DNA of 64,000 nucleotides from Hyphomonadaceae bacterium (GCA_041917055.1 JAYRYJ010000003.1:153959-217958), one strand, 5' to 3'. Positions 38,538-50,394 are shown, numbered from the stretch's first letter. A program made the numbers and translations. The notes: generated by a model not told the origin, from the letters alone.

Positions 38538-40916
38538 TTATGTGCGCAAAACCGCGCCTTGTTTTGCAGCAGCCGCAAGGATTTTTTGCGACAAAGCGTC
38601 GATTTCGGCGTCGGTCAAAGTGGCATTGCTTGGCGCAATCATAACTTCAATCGCTATTGAAACTTTGCCTTCTTCAACGCCCTTACCGGAATAAACATCA
38701 AAGACATTGACGTTTTTGATTAGGGCTTTGTCGGCATTTTGTACGGCACGAACTAAATCAGCGACATTTTTGTCTTTCGGCACAATGAATGCAAAATCGC
38801 GCGAAAGCGGCATGAATGGCGAAAGTTCCAGTTTCGCGCGCGCTTTTGACGGTTTTTGTTTTGCTTTTGGCAGATTATCAATGAAAATTTCAAAACCGAA
38901 AATGTCCTGGTCAACGCCCAATGCCTTTGCGGTTTTTGGGTGTATTTGACCGAATTCAGCAGCCACGGTTTTCGGTCCCATGGTCAATTTACCCGCACGA
39001 CCGGGATGGAAATGGGCGCTGGCGCCATTGGATAACATAAGGCCACCTGTCGGCACGCCCATATTGGCAAGCACCGACATTAAGTCAGATTGAATGCCAT
39101 AGACATCAGGTTTTTGTTCGCCCAAATGATGACGTTGTTTTCCGGTTGCAATCGCGGCAATTACGGTTTTTTGACCATCGATAGCGTCAGACAAATAAAT
39201 CGGACCCGCCTCGAAAATTGCGACTTTATCGAAGCCTTTGGCAATATTTCGACCCGCCGCCGCAACCAAATTTATAAGTGCTGACGGGCGCATATATTCC
39301 AATTCGTCATTGATTGGATTGGCAAGTTCAAGGGTTTTATTTGCCAAATCGGCACCAAACAGTGCCGCGTGTTCCTTTTTGACAAATGACCAAGTAACCA
39401 CTTCATTATAACCAAATGATGCCAAAGCCCTGCGTCCGATATTAAGGCTTTGTTTTTCGCGCGAAATCAATTGACGATTTTTCGCTGGCGACAATAAAGC
39501 CATTGGCAATTTGTCAAAACCATAAATACGCGCCACATCTTCAACAATATCGGCGCTTTCCTTCACATCGCCGCGCCATGACGGCACTTTGATATGAATA
39601 GTCTCGCCATTATCTTTGCACTCAAAACCCAATTTACCGAGGATTTCAATGATTTCCGCGTTTGATAATTCAAATCCGGTCAGACGAGTAATTTCTTTGG
39701 GGTTGAAATCCAATGGTTTTGGCAATTCGGGTGCGTGTCCTGAGACTTCAATCTCTGAAGCCTCACCGCCGCAAAGTTCAAGTACCATTTGCGTTGCCAT
39801 TTCAAGGCCGCCAACAACGAAATCCGGATCAACACCGCGCTCAAAACGGTATTTTGCATCTGACTGAATCCCTGTCGCGCGTCCGGTTTGGAAAATTGAA
39901 AGCGGCATGAAATAAGCGCTTTCAATGAAGACATCTGTCGTGTTTTCATCACAACCTGTGCTTTCGCCGCCCATAATGCCGCCCAAACCAATTGCACCAC
40001 TATCGTCCGCGATAACGCACATATTAGGTGTCAAGTCGTAAGTTTTGCCGTCAAGGGCCACAAAACTTTCGCCCGCAATGCCATCGCGCGCGCAAATATT
40101 GCCTTTTAGTTTAGCCAAATCATAGACATGCAACGGCCTTGCGCGATCGTATGAAATGAAATTGGTAATATCGACAAGCGTATTAATAGGGCGCAGGCCA
40201 ATGGCTTTCAAACGCGCCTGTAACCAATCGGGCGACGGGCCATTTTTAACCCCCTTCACTACACGACCCGAAAAAATCGGGCAATCAGGCGATGGTGTTG
40301 AGATTTTTACAGGGCAAGCGAATGAACCCTTGTTGGCTTTGATTTCTCTATCATTGAACTCGCCCAGACTGCGCGCCGCAAGTTCGCGTGCGATTGAGTT
40401 TACACCTAACCAATCGGGGCGGTTTGGCGTCACTTCAAAATCAATCACCGCATCATTAAGTCCAAGTGCGACAGCTGCGGGTGTGCCGACTTCGAGGCTA
40501 TCAGGCAATTCAATAATGCCCGAACTATCGCCTTCAATGCCCAATTCTTCGAATGAGCACATCATGCCATTTGACACCACTCCACGCACCGGACGCGCTT
40601 CAAGCGTGATACCGCTCGCGGGGATACAAGTGCCGATTGGCGCAAAAATAGTGGTTAGGCCCGCGCGCGCATTTGGCGCACCGCAAACAATTTCCAAACG
40701 TCCTTGGAAAGTGTCAACCTGGCAAACCCGAAGTTTATCTGCATTCGGGTGTTGAACCGCTTCAATGATTTTGGCTACCGAAAATGCCCCAAGTTTTTCA
40801 CCCGGATTTTCAATATCCTCAACCTCAAGCCCCGCCATGGTCATGGCCTCGTGGATTTCGTCGATATTGGCGTCCGTTGTAAGGTAATCTTTTAGCCAGT
40901 TAATTGTGAATTTCAT
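38538..40916 (-). CDS. pheT: Phenylalanine--tRNA ligase beta subunit
   Basis: 792 aa with tRNA-binding, B3/B4, B5 and FDX-ACB domain order. Directly downstream of pheS. Confidence 0.9.
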   Translation of the reverse strand: MKFTINWLKDYLTTDANIDEIHEAMTMAGLEVEDIENPGEKLGAFSVAKIIEAVQHPNADKLRVCQVDTFQGRLEIVCGAPNARAGLTTIFAPIGTCIPASGITLEARPVRGVVSNGMMCSFEELGIEGDSSGIIELPDSLEVGTPAAVALGLNDAVIDFEVTPNRPDWLGVNSIARELAARSLGEFNDREIKANKGSFACPVKISTPSPDCPIFSGRVVKGVKNGPSPDWLQARLKAIGLRPINTLVDITNFISYDRARPLHVYDLAKLKGNICARDGIAGESFVALDGKTYDLTPNMCVIADDSGAIGLGGIMGGESTGCDENTTDVFIESAYFMPLSIFQTGRATGIQSDAKYRFERGVDPDFVVGGLEMATQMVLELCGGEASEIEVSGHAPELPKPLDFNPKEITRLTGFELSNAEIIEILGKLGFECKDNGETIHIKVPSWRGDVKESADIVEDVARIYGFDKLPMALLSPAKNRQLISREKQSLNIGRRALASFGYNEVVTWSFVKKEHAALFGADLANKTLELANPINDELEYMRPSALINLVAAAGRNIAKGFDKVAIFEAGPIYLSDAIDGQKTVIAAIATGKQRHHLGEQKPDVYGIQSDLMSVLANMGVPTGGLMLSNGASAHFHPGRAGKLTMGPKTVAAEFGQIHPKTAKALGVDQDIFGFEIFIDNLPKAKQKPSKARAKLELSPFMPLSRDFAFIVPKDKNVADLVRAVQNADKALIKNVNVFDVYSGKGVEEGKVSIAIEVMIAPSNATLTDAEIDALSQKILAAAAKQGAVLRT

Positions 40917-40925
40917 TTTATTCTC

Positions 40926-42005
40926 TTATCTTGAAAGGCCGGAAGTTACAGACGGTGCGAAAAATGCTTCAAAACCGAAATGATCAAGCCAACGCACATC
41001 GCTTTCAAACATATTGCGCAAATCCGGAATGCCATATTTCAACATTGCCAAGCGATCGATTCCCAAGCCAAAGGCAAAACCTTGATAGACATCAGGGTCG
41101 ATATTGCATGAACGCAAAACATTTGGGTGCACCATGCCACAGCCCAAAATTTCAAGCCAATCATTGCCGGTTCCGATTTTCAATTCTTTGCCGGAACGGT
41201 CACAACGCACATCAACTTCTGCCGATGGTTCGGTGAATGGAAAATGGTGCGGCCTAAAACGAACGGCGGCTTCTTCAACTTCAAAGAAACGAGCCAAAAA
41301 TTCCATTAACACGCCTTTTAGGTGGCCCATATGAACGCCTTCTTCGATAACCAAGCCTTCGATTTGGTGGAACATTGGCGTATGGGTTTGGTCAAAGTCA
41401 CAACGATAAGTCCGCCCCGGGGCAACGATGCGAATTGGCGGCTTTTGTACACTCATGGTGCGAATTTGCACGGGCGAAGTGTGGGTGCGAAGCAATTTGC
41501 GCTCCCCCACATCATTTGGCTGCATGAAAAACGTATCATGCATATCGCGCGCAGGGTGTTTTTCAGGGAAGTTTAAGGCCGTAAAATTATGGAAATCATC
41601 CTCAATATCCGGGCCTTCTTTGACTTCAAAACCCATATCGGCGAAAATTGTCGAAACTTCTTCAAACACTTGCATAATCGGATGAACTGTTCCCATACGG
41701 CGCAGTATGGACGGTAAAGTAACGTCAATCCTTTCGTCCAAGAGCCGCGCCTCAAGCGCCACTTCGGCGAGCATTGTTTTCTTGGCATTTATCAAATCAC
41801 CAAGCCGATTTTTTAATCCATTCACTTTGGGGCCAAAAGTCTGGCGTTCTTCGGGCGACATGCCGCCCAAGCCCTTCAAAAGTTCGGAAACCGAGCCTTT
41901 TTTACCAAGCGCATTAACCCGTAATTCTTCCAAAGCAGTTTCAGACTGCGCTGCCTCTAGCTCTAATAGGAGGCTTGCCTCTAATTCATCGATATTCTGT
42001 GTCAT
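40926..42005 (-). CDS. pheS: Phenylalanine--tRNA ligase alpha subunit
   Basis: 359 aa. Class II aaRS motifs (…[17 protein letters not shown]…[10 protein letters not shown]…). Confidence 0.9.
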   Translation of the reverse strand: MTQNIDELEASLLLELEAAQSETALEELRVNALGKKGSVSELLKGLGGMSPEERQTFGPKVNGLKNRLGDLINAKKTMLAEVALEARLLDERIDVTLPSILRRMGTVHPIMQVFEEVSTIFADMGFEVKEGPDIEDDFHNFTALNFPEKHPARDMHDTFFMQPNDVGERKLLRTHTSPVQIRTMSVQKPPIRIVAPGRTYRCDFDQTHTPMFHQIEGLVIEEGVHMGHLKGVLMEFLARFFEVEEAAVRFRPHHFPFTEPSAEVDVRCDRSGKELKIGTGNDWLEILGCGMVHPNVLRSCNIDPDVYQGFAFGLGIDRLAMLKYGIPDLRNMFESDVRWLDHFGFEAFFAPSVTSGLSR

Positions 42006-42214
42006 AAATTTTTCCGTTAGCGCGAGTGCCTATGGCGGATTTTGTTAGAAATTTCAATTGTGGAGTTGCAAAAACCACGCGTATAAAAGGGTACAATTGA
42101 GTTTTTTCGATTTGTATCAAAATCGCTAATCAAAATTTCTCAGACTTGCTTTGGTGAATTGCCAAATCGAATTCATTTCTGTAAAGGCCAGCTTGATGAA
42201 TTGACTTTAGGGTA

Positions 42215-42634
42215 ATGAATATGAAAAAGATTTTTTCGGGCGCATTTTTAGTTTTTTTGAGCTTGTCTTGCCTCGGCAACTTCGCTTTTGCGCAGGGCGG
42301 TATGAATAATATTGAAAATCGCAATTTGGCGAAAATTTTCTTCGAAACCCAGACAATCGACGCCGGAGTCTTTGCGCCAGAATCGTCAAAAGAAATTGAG
42401 GTAATTGTCAAAAATATAGGTAAAGAGCCATTAATAATTCACGGTGTCTTTTCGACGGCGGCCTTCATCAAAGCCAAATATCCGCAAGAACCAATTTTCC
42501 CGGGGAAAAGCGGGAAAATTATATTGACCATAACCCCCAACTCATCTTTCGGATTCACTAAGACTGTTGAGGTAAAATCAAACGGCGAAAAAAACAGCAC
42601 TTACCTAACTGTAACCGGAAAAGTGACCAATTAA
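42215..42634 (+). CDS. Secreted hypothetical protein
   Basis: Signal peptide MNMKKIFSGAFLVFLSLSCLGNFAFAQ. 139 aa. Confidence 0.35.
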   Translation: MNMKKIFSGAFLVFLSLSCLGNFAFAQGGMNNIENRNLAKIFFETQTIDAGVFAPESSKEIEVIVKNIGKEPLIIHGVFSTAAFIKAKYPQEPIFPGKSGKIILTITPNSSFGFTKTVEVKSNGEKNSTYLTVTGKVTN

Positions 42635-42645
42635 ACTCTTCTGGC

Positions 42646-43494
42646 CTAAACCTCCAATAGGCCTTTCACGCCAATAACGCATTCGCCGCCGATAATAATA
42701 TTGGCGTTTGCGTCAATGTGGGCGAATATTTTGCCATCGCGCCCAATTGCGCGGCCTTGCCTTGCAATATAGCTAAAATCACGACCTATAATGCCGTTTT
42801 CAAGCATAAAGGCACAAACCGCTCCATTGCCGGAACCACAGACAGGATCTTCATCAATATTGTCAGACGGCGCGAAAGAGCGAACTTCGATAAAATCGTC
42901 GCCATTCTGATATTTGCCAAAAATGGTGACACCTGTTGCGCCGATTGATTGTTCAAAGCCTTTCATTGCCGCAAAATCGGGCTTTGCGCCTAAAACCGCT
43001 TCGCCGCTTTCGATTTGACCAATAATCCATTTAGGGCCGACATTGACAATAGCCGCCCCTTCCCCGACTTTTACACCCAAAATGCCCGATAATTCTGCAA
43101 TTTGGTCAGGTGTCAAAGGTGTGAATTGTGCGGCTGGAAGGCAAAATTCTATTTTCTCATCAATCGAAATTTCGACCAAACCAACTTTGCATTCTTGAAT
43201 AATTTTGCCGTTTAGCGGAGTTACAAAATCATTGGCAATCGCGGCATAACATGACCCAATTGTTGGGTGACCCGCGAACGGCAATTCGCTTTTGGGAGTG
43301 AAAATTCGCAGTTTATAATGCGCTTTTGGGTTTTCGGCCTTTTGAATAAACGTGGTTTCCGACAAATTTGTCCAAGCGGCAATGCGCTGCATAGTTTCAG
43401 TTGTTAAATCATCGGCATCAAAAATAACCGCAACCGGATTGCCGAAACCGAATTTATTGGTGAATACGTCAATGTAGAAAATTTTATGTGCCAT
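42646..43494 (-). CDS. PhzF-family isomerase
   Basis: MAHKIFYIDVFTNKFGFGNPVAVIFDADDL… is the PhzF N-terminal signature. 282 aa. Confidence 0.7.
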   Translation of the reverse strand: MAHKIFYIDVFTNKFGFGNPVAVIFDADDLTTETMQRIAAWTNLSETTFIQKAENPKAHYKLRIFTPKSELPFAGHPTIGSCYAAIANDFVTPLNGKIIQECKVGLVEISIDEKIEFCLPAAQFTPLTPDQIAELSGILGVKVGEGAAIVNVGPKWIIGQIESGEAVLGAKPDFAAMKGFEQSIGATGVTIFGKYQNGDDFIEVRSFAPSDNIDEDPVCGSGNGAVCAFMLENGIIGRDFSYIARQGRAIGRDGKIFAHIDANANIIIGGECVIGVKGLLEV

Positions 43495-43562
43495 TCAAAC
43501 CCCCAAAACAAAATTGGCCCGAAACTTTCGTTTCAGGCCAATTTCAAAAACTCTTGCTATTT

Positions 43563-43922
43563 TTATGCCGCTAGAGCGTTCTTGGCCTGATCCACAAGCG
43601 CTTTAAACGCCTCTGGTTGATGCATTGCAAGATCGGCCATAACTTTGCGGTCAACTTCAACATTTGCTTTGGTCAAGCCGTCGATAAGGCGTGAATAAGT
43701 CATGTCGAATTCACGAACCGCAGCATTGATACGCTGAATCCACAAAGAGCGGAAATTGCGTTTTTTCGCTTTGCGGTCACGATAAGCATATTGTCCAGCG
43801 CGCCAAACAGCAGCGGTGGCAGTACGGATTGTGTTTTTGCGACGGCCTTGATAGCCTTTAGCGCGTGAAAGAATGCCATTGCGGCGCGCTTTTGTGGTTA
43901 CACCACCTTTAACTCTTGCCAT
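43563..43922 (-). CDS. rplT: 50S ribosomal protein L20
   Basis: [30 protein letters not shown]…. Confidence 0.9.
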   Translation of the reverse strand: MARVKGGVTTKARRNGILSRAKGYQGRRKNTIRTATAAVWRAGQYAYRDRKAKKRNFRSLWIQRINAAVREFDMTYSRLIDGLTKANVEVDRKVMADLAMHQPEAFKALVDQAKNALAA

Positions 43923-43934
43923 TGTTCATTCCCC

Positions 43935-44138
43935 CTATTTAAGACCGTATGGTGTCCAAAGTTTAACGCGTGTAGCATCAGCATCGGCAAGAACCGCAGT
44001 GCCGCGATTATTGCGAATATACTTTGAATTGTGAGAAATAAGACGGTGGCGTTTACCCGCGACACCAGCCAAAACTTTGCCGGTCGCAGTAATTTTGAAG
44101 CGTTTTTTAACGCCCGATTTGGTTTTTAATTTAGGCAT
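43935..44138 (-). CDS. rpmI: 50S ribosomal protein L35
   Basis: [22 protein letters not shown]…[11 protein letters not shown]. 67 aa. The ORF-track upstream extension is rejected. Confidence 0.85.
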   Translation of the reverse strand: MPKLKTKSGVKKRFKITATGKVLAGVAGKRHRLISHNSKYIRNNRGTAVLADADATRVKLWTPYGLK

Positions 44139-44386
44139 TTCAATCTCCGAAAAGAATAAAAAAATGATTGTCGAGGTATGCCATTTTAACCAGACAATCG
44201 ATGAAAGACCGCGGCAATAGATGAATAAATCAATATTTGCAAGACATTGACTGAGAAAATTGCCGATTGCCACGCAACTGCAAATAGTTAATTTATCAAA
44301 CTTGCAGCCATTGTAGAACTTATTCGCAATAATTATATTGCATCAAACATTGTTACTTTAAGAATTCAAACAAAGCACAGTGTTTA

Positions 44387-46486
44387 TTGGAGGCCATAAT
44401 GGAACAGCTCGAGGTCGAGCAAATAATATTTTGGGGCAGTATTTTATCTGCTATCTTAATTATTTCAATTATTACTTATTTTTCGGGATTAATCAAATAC
44501 ATACCAAATAATAGAATTGGTATTTGCGAAAAATTATGGAGTACGAAAGGCTCAGTAAAAGAGGGATTTATCGCCCTAAATGGCGAGGCGGGTTTTGAAG
44601 CAGGTGTATTGCGTGGCGGCTTTCACTTTTTCTTTCCTTATCAATATCGCATTCATAAAATGCCTTTGGTGACAATTCCCCAAGGCAAAATCGGATATAT
44701 TTTTGCACGCGACGGTATGCCATTAGGCGCAACCCAAACCCTTGCGTCAAATGAGCAGAACTATAATTATGAAGATGTTACGGGCTTCATCAAAAATGGC
44801 GGTCAAAAAGGGCCACAAAGAAAAATTCTTCGCGAAGGCACTTATGCGATTAATTTGGTGCAATTCGTAATTATCACATCGGATCAAATTTATTCTTTAA
44901 TGCTTGATAGCGCTGAACAAGAACTTTTCGCGCGAATGAATGAATTGATATTGGAACGAAATGGTTTTGAACCGATAGTTATCAAAGATTCTGACGATAT
45001 GATGGGTGTTGTTACCGTTCATGACGGTGATTCTTTGGCAGCAGACCAAATTATTGCGCCAAAAGTTGGTGATGACCCGAATAAAGTCGAAACTTTTCAC
45101 AATAATTTCCAAGACCCAGAGGCATTTTTGCGCGCTGGAGGTCGCCGTGGTCGCCAATTGCAGGTTTTGGTCGAGGGTTCATATTATATCAATCGCCTTT
45201 TCGCGACCGTGGAAATGACACCGAAAACCGTTGTTGAAGTCGGCACGGTCGGGGTTGTGGTTTCATATACCGGTGATTTCGGCTCTGACAAATCGGGCGA
45301 AACCTATCGCCACGGTGAACTTGCCGAAGTTGGCAAACGCGGTGTGTGGGAAACCCCGCTTCTTCCCGGCAAATATGCCTTCAACACTTATGCTGGAAAG
45401 GTCATAATGGTTCCGACCACCAATTTCATTTTGAAATGGGAAACTGCGGCGGTCGGTTCACACAAATATGATGAAAACCTAGCGGAAGTATCACTTATTA
45501 CCAAAGACGCGTTTGAACCGTCTTTGCCATTATCTGTCGTTGTGCATATCGATTATCGCAAAGCGCCACTTGTGGTGCAAAGATTCGGTGATGTGAAACG
45601 CTTAGTCGAACAAACTTTGGACCCAATGGTTTCGGCCTATTTCAAAAACGTCGGTCAAACCAGAACTTTAATTCAATTATTACAAGACAGAAGCGAAATT
45701 CAAGAAACCGCAAGTATCGGTATGAAAGAGAAATTTGCACATTATAATCTTGAACTTGAAGAAGTTTTGATAGGCACACCAAAAGCCGGTGGCGAAGGGA
45801 CAGGCGGCGAACAGATTGAGAAAATCCTCACTCAATTGCGCCTCCGTCAAATCGCCGAGGAGCAAATTGAAACTTATAACCAGCAAGAAAAAGCCGCCGT
45901 CAAAGAACGCGCACTAAGAGAAGCTGAATCGCGTGCCAAGCAGCAAGCAAGCATAACTGAATCAGAATTATCAATCACGGTTCAGGCCAATGAAGGTAAA
46001 GCATCTTTCGCGCGCTCCCAACAAGAGGCGGACAGAATTCGAACCTTGGCCCAGGCTGAATCTGACAAAATCTCACGCCTTGCAGAAGGTGAAGCTAAAC
46101 GTGTTGAACTGATGGCAAATGCCGAAGCCTTGAAAGCAACACGCGTCGGTATCGGTCAGGCGATTGCGATTGAAGAACAAGTGCGCGCTTATGGCGGCCC
46201 GAAATTCCAACTTACTCAACAAGTAATGAACAGATTAGCAGAAGCAATTGAAACTTCAGGGATTGATATTGTTCCGAAAATTTCAATGTCGGGTTCGCAG
46301 GAAAATGGTGGTCAAAATGGCGGAAATACCATGTTTGAATCGCTTTTGGCTTTATTCTTATCCGATAAAATGGGGCTTGATGTTACCAATAAATCGGGTG
46401 CGGCAAGCAAAGAGACGCAAAAAATCAAAAACCGCCTTCGCGCTGAAGCCGCGAAAAGCGCAGATGATGAAGCGGCGGACGAATAA
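44387..46486 (+). CDS. Flotillin-family (SPFH/band-7) membrane protein
   Basis: N-terminal TM, SPFH domain, long Glu/Ala/Gln-rich coiled-coil (…EAESRAKQQASITESE…). YqiK-like architecture. Confidence 0.7.
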   Translation: MEAIMEQLEVEQIIFWGSILSAILIISIITYFSGLIKYIPNNRIGICEKLWSTKGSVKEGFIALNGEAGFEAGVLRGGFHFFFPYQYRIHKMPLVTIPQGKIGYIFARDGMPLGATQTLASNEQNYNYEDVTGFIKNGGQKGPQRKILREGTYAINLVQFVIITSDQIYSLMLDSAEQELFARMNELILERNGFEPIVIKDSDDMMGVVTVHDGDSLAADQIIAPKVGDDPNKVETFHNNFQDPEAFLRAGGRRGRQLQVLVEGSYYINRLFATVEMTPKTVVEVGTVGVVVSYTGDFGSDKSGETYRHGELAEVGKRGVWETPLLPGKYAFNTYAGKVIMVPTTNFILKWETAAVGSHKYDENLAEVSLITKDAFEPSLPLSVVVHIDYRKAPLVVQRFGDVKRLVEQTLDPMVSAYFKNVGQTRTLIQLLQDRSEIQETASIGMKEKFAHYNLELEEVLIGTPKAGGEGTGGEQIEKILTQLRLRQIAEEQIETYNQQEKAAVKERALREAESRAKQQASITESELSITVQANEGKASFARSQQEADRIRTLAQAESDKISRLAEGEAKRVELMANAEALKATRVGIGQAIAIEEQVRAYGGPKFQLTQQVMNRLAEAIETSGIDIVPKISMSGSQENGGQNGGNTMFESLLALFLSDKMGLDVTNKSGAASKETQKIKNRLRAEAAKSADDEAADE

Positions 46487-46532
46487 TTTTACTGGCGAAA
46501 AAAGGATTGGGGCGCAGGAAATTGCGCCCCTT

Positions 46533-47594
46533 TTATATGCCATAAATCTCTTTAAATTCCGAGTCTTTTGATGCCACCAATTTTGCGGTATCAACCATTA
46601 CTTTGGCCTGTTTCCAGGTCGCATCGTCTTGCATTTTGCCGTCAAGCATTGCTACTCCCGAACCGTCGGGCATGGCTTCAAGAATGCGTTTGGCGAATGC
46701 GACTTCGGCGGGGTCTGGGCTAAAAACACGTTTTGCAATTGCGACTTGATTGGGGTGTAATGACCAAGCGCCGGCGCACCCCATCAAGAACGCATTTCGG
46801 AATTGTTGCTCACAGGCGTCCAAATCGGCAATATCACCGAATGGGCCATAAAATGCCTTAATGCCCGCCGCTTGGCAGGCATCAACCATTTTCGCAATTG
46901 TATAATGCCATAAATCTTGTTGAACCGAACCACGCGCCGAACCATCTTCATTGGCGTCAGATAAAACGCGATACATTGGGTGACCACCGCCGACGCGTGT
47001 TGTTTTCATGGCACGGCTTGCCGCCAAATCAGCAGGGCCAAGTGAAATGCCCTGCATTCTCGGCGAGGAAAGCGCGATTGCATCGACATTTGCCACACCT
47101 TCGGCGGTTTCCAAAATCGCGTGAAGCAAAATCGGTTTTTTAACGCCTGCTTTAGCCTCTAATTGTGCCAATAATTGATCGACATAATGAATGTCCCAAA
47201 CGCCTTCGACTTTGGGAATCATAATTACATCCAATTTATCGCCCACTGCAGAAACGATTTCGGTCAAATCGTCCAGAAACCAAGGGGAATTAAGGCAATT
47301 CACACGCGTCCAAAGGCCTGTTCCGATTGCGCGAAAATCCGTTGCCTGTGCCATTTTTATGAAGCCCGCTCTCGCGTTTTCTTTTTCTGTTGCCGGAATA
47401 GCGTCTTCAAGATTGCCCAATATGACATCGACGGTTTTGGCAATTTCCGGCACTTTTGCGACCACTTTATCCAAGTGTGGCGGCACAAAATGTATCATTC
47501 TTTGCACTTCAATCGGTAGTTCACGATATGGCATTGGCGCACCAATTGCCAGAGGCTTATAAAAAGAACGCGGCGTTTTCATAGCTTTCCCCAT
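46533..47594 (-). CDS. HpcH/HpaI-family CoA-ester lyase (L-malyl-CoA/beta-methylmalyl-CoA lyase-like)
   Basis: [10 protein letters not shown]…[10 protein letters not shown]…[11 protein letters not shown]… matches the malyl-CoA / citrate-lyase-beta fold signature. Confidence 0.55.
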   Translation of the reverse strand: MGKAMKTPRSFYKPLAIGAPMPYRELPIEVQRMIHFVPPHLDKVVAKVPEIAKTVDVILGNLEDAIPATEKENARAGFIKMAQATDFRAIGTGLWTRVNCLNSPWFLDDLTEIVSAVGDKLDVIMIPKVEGVWDIHYVDQLLAQLEAKAGVKKPILLHAILETAEGVANVDAIALSSPRMQGISLGPADLAASRAMKTTRVGGGHPMYRVLSDANEDGSARGSVQQDLWHYTIAKMVDACQAAGIKAFYGPFGDIADLDACEQQFRNAFLMGCAGAWSLHPNQVAIAKRVFSPDPAEVAFAKRILEAMPDGSGVAMLDGKMQDDATWKQAKVMVDTAKLVASKDSEFKEIYGI

Positions 47595-47612
47595 CTTTTC
47601 GCAAGTGCGAAA

Positions 47613-48581
47613 TCAAGTCTTTTTACCAAGTGGGTGTTTGGTTTCAACTAAATTCTTTAGTTTTTGATATGCGACATGAGTATATATTTGGGTTGTTGAA
47701 ATATCGGCATGGCCCAACATTGCCTGCACCACTCTTAAATCCGCCCCGCCGTCCAATAAGTGAGTGGCAAAAGCATGGCGCAACACATGCGGTGACAATT
47801 TTTCGGGATTTAGCCCTGCCATGATTGCGATTTTATCTAATAGGCGCGCAAATTGCCGCCTTCCGAAATGGCCCTCTTTGGTATTTGCCGGAAAAAGGAA
47901 TTGTACCGCTTTTTGTGCGCGAAGGGAATTTTTGGGAAGTGAAATCTCGCGCACTTTCAACCATTCACGCAATGCCGCGCGCGATGGGCCGCCAATTGGA
48001 ATAAGGCGTTCTTTATCACCTTTTCCACGAATTATTATGGCTTCTAAAGTGTCGTTTTCCAATTCGCGTAAATCTATTGCTTTTATCGGAAGCGAAACCA
48101 ATTCCGTGACACGCAGACCTGCGCCATAGCATAATTCCAACATGCAATTAGCGCGCATGGCCTCTATGCCGTCCAATTCGTCTATTGCGCACAAAAGCGC
48201 TTCGATTTCGTCTTGGGAAACCAATTTTGGTAATGGGCGCGCGGCCTTTAATGCTTCCCACCGCGTTGTCGGGTCAATTTCGCAAATACCTTCTCGCAAT
48301 GCGAAAAGGAATAATTGGCGTAAGGCGCTACGTCGTCTTTGAATTGTGGCTTCGCTCAATCCACGCGTGCTTAAGTCAATGGCATAAGCATTTATAGTTT
48401 CATGATTGATTTGTTCCAAGTTTACAATGGATTTGAAATTTTGTGCCAAGAAATCGCTAAAATCTTCAAAATCACGGGCATAGGCGGCGATTGTGTTTTT
48501 ACTTGCGCCTTTTTCAACGCCTTGCATTTCCAAAAATTGTCGAAAAATTTCAATCAATTGGCTTGCCCCAATCAGGAACAT
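47613..48581 (-). CDS. Tyrosine site-specific recombinase XerC/XerD
   Basis: C-terminal catalytic HVLRHAFATHLLDGGADLRVVQAMLGHADISTTQIYTHV (R-H-R-Y). Start chosen at MFLIGASQLIEIFRQFLE. Confidence 0.8.
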   Translation of the reverse strand: MFLIGASQLIEIFRQFLEMQGVEKGASKNTIAAYARDFEDFSDFLAQNFKSIVNLEQINHETINAYAIDLSTRGLSEATIQRRRSALRQLFLFALREGICEIDPTTRWEALKAARPLPKLVSQDEIEALLCAIDELDGIEAMRANCMLELCYGAGLRVTELVSLPIKAIDLRELENDTLEAIIIRGKGDKERLIPIGGPSRAALREWLKVREISLPKNSLRAQKAVQFLFPANTKEGHFGRRQFARLLDKIAIMAGLNPEKLSPHVLRHAFATHLLDGGADLRVVQAMLGHADISTTQIYTHVAYQKLKNLVETKHPLGKKT

Positions 48582-50394
48582 CCGATTTCGGTTTGGGTTC
48601 GGTTTTTGGTTTTGACTTCGCCACAGGGGTAGGCTTAGAATCACTTTTCACAACCGGCTTTGAAACCGATTTTGGGGTTTCAATTTTTGGTGCCGCTTTA
48701 GACGCATCAGGTTTTTTTGCCTCTGGCGCTTGGGTTTTGGGCTTTGTAATAGGCGCTTTTTCAGAGGGTTTCGGTTTTGAAACTTCCGGGGTTTTCGGTT
48801 TTGTTGGTGGCGCAATTACCGGCGGTGGTTTTGGTTGAGTAAATGAAATATTTTGCGAAATTAAACAATATATTGCAAGCTCTCTTGCCTCGCTCTTAAA
48901 GCCTACTGAATTAAGCGCACCGACAATCCGTGACAGGCTGATTGGGTCAATAGTTGTGGGCCTTAGGTTTTGTGTCGCCAAATGCGCCAATAATGCGGTT
49001 TGTGCGCGCGCTTTTTCATTTGCGGCATCCTCCATCGCCATTAGGATTTGCGCAACGCCATCACCACTCGACGGCAAAATCGCCTCTATCGGCGAAAAAT
49101 TCTCAATCTCAATACCCAATTTGGACGCAATAATTAATTCGCCAATCGCTTTAAAATAATCTTTTGATCCGGTATCAAGACCCATTAAACGCGATTTTGC
49201 ATCAAGTGTTTTGGGATTTTTCGCAATGTCTAAGGCGAATTTTAGCGATGGATTGATAGCTTCATTTAGATTGACGAATTTTTGAGCCGCCACCAAGTCA
49301 GAAGCTAACAAGGCCGCCGCACCAAATAATGGCGCGTCATCAATCGAAACGATGCGGGCATTTTGGAACTCAGATTTATATGAATTAGCAATCGCATAAA
49401 AATCAGTGATTTCGACCGCTTTTTTCAAATTGAATGCCATGGTTTCTTCAAATGAAGGTTCTATTGGCGACTCACCTTCAACTGGATTAATTGGCGGCGG
49501 CGGATTGATATGCTCAATCGAATCCGCGTCAATCGCGCCAAAGTTTGCGGCGGCTATTGAGGCATCAAATCCCAATTTTTCATTTGATAGTTTGATGGCA
49601 TTTGCGGTCTTGTAATAGAAATGCGAAAACCCTTCGGCTTTGGGTTTCAAATTCGCGGCATTGGAAATCGCATAAGCCATTCCGCTATCGCTATTAAAAT
49701 CAAGGGAAACCGCAGGTGCGCCGCCGGATTTCAAAGATGACAAATAAATAATGGCATTATTCATCCAAATATTTGGCGACGCGCCAATCTGATTTGCAAT
49801 ATCAATATTCAAAAGCGCTGCCGATTTTTCATTGTTCAAAGCATAGCATCCGGCCCGCATTTCCAAAAATTTCTTGTTAGGCTTTTCGGGTTTGGTTGCA
49901 TCTATCAGCGCGCAAGCGTCTTCATTTTTGGATTCATAAAAAAGATTATCGATATATTTATTGGCAAAATCCTCCCCCGCTTTTTCCAAATCATAATTCG
50001 CGGCAAGGCGGTTTGCAGTTTTGATTTCGCCGATCTCGATGGCCGCTAAAAACCGCGCCTCTGACAATTTTGGATAGGCTTTTGCGGGTGGAAGGCCGCC
50101 CGAAAACACTAATGATTGCGATAAATGTAGAAGCGGAAGAAATTTGTTTTGCGCCTTAATTTTTAAAAGCGCGAGTTCGAGAGTTTTAGTATCCGAATTA
50201 AGCCAGATATCGCTTTTTTGCGCCTTTAAATATGGTAAATCTTCATAAATTCCCCAATAGCCATTCTCTTTCAATTCACTCTTGGTAATTTTTGAGATTG
50301 CAGGAAGTGCGGACTTATTGGCATCTTGCGCCGATGAAACTTTGCCAATAAGCGAAAGCCCAATTAGAAAATAGATTGATGAGTGTTTAATCAT
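48550..50394 (-). CDS. Secreted hypothetical protein with Pro/Lys-rich C-terminal tail
   Basis: Signal peptide MIKHSSIYFLIGLSLIGKVSSAQ. C-terminus KPKTPEVSKPKPSEKAPITKPKTQAPEAKKPD…. Confidence 0.45.
   Translation of the reverse strand: MIKHSSIYFLIGLSLIGKVSSAQDANKSALPAISKITKSELKENGYWGIYEDLPYLKAQKSDIWLNSDTKTLELALLKIKAQNKFLPLLHLSQSLVFSGGLPPAKAYPKLSEARFLAAIEIGEIKTANRLAANYDLEKAGEDFANKYIDNLFYESKNEDACALIDATKPEKPNKKFLEMRAGCYALNNEKSAALLNIDIANQIGASPNIWMNNAIIYLSSLKSGGAPAVSLDFNSDSGMAYAISNAANLKPKAEGFSHFYYKTANAIKLSNEKLGFDASIAAANFGAIDADSIEHINPPPPINPVEGESPIEPSFEETMAFNLKKAVEITDFYAIANSYKSEFQNARIVSIDDAPLFGAAALLASDLVAAQKFVNLNEAINPSLKFALDIAKNPKTLDAKSRLMGLDTGSKDYFKAIGELIIASKLGIEIENFSPIEAILPSSGDGVAQILMAMEDAANEKARAQTALLAHLATQNLRPTTIDPISLSRIVGALNSVGFKSEARELAIYCLISQNISFTQPKPPPVIAPPTKPKTPEVSKPKPSEKAPITKPKTQAPEAKKPDASKAAPKIETPKSVSKPVVKSDSKPTPVAKSKPKTEPKPKSDVPDWGKPID

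Noticed and set aside
48590-48840. Apparent nucleotide periodicity (GGTTTT/GGCTTT repeats)
   Set aside because: It is coding sequence for the Pro/Lys-rich C-terminal tail of the 614-aa secreted protein on the minus strand, not a non-coding repeat
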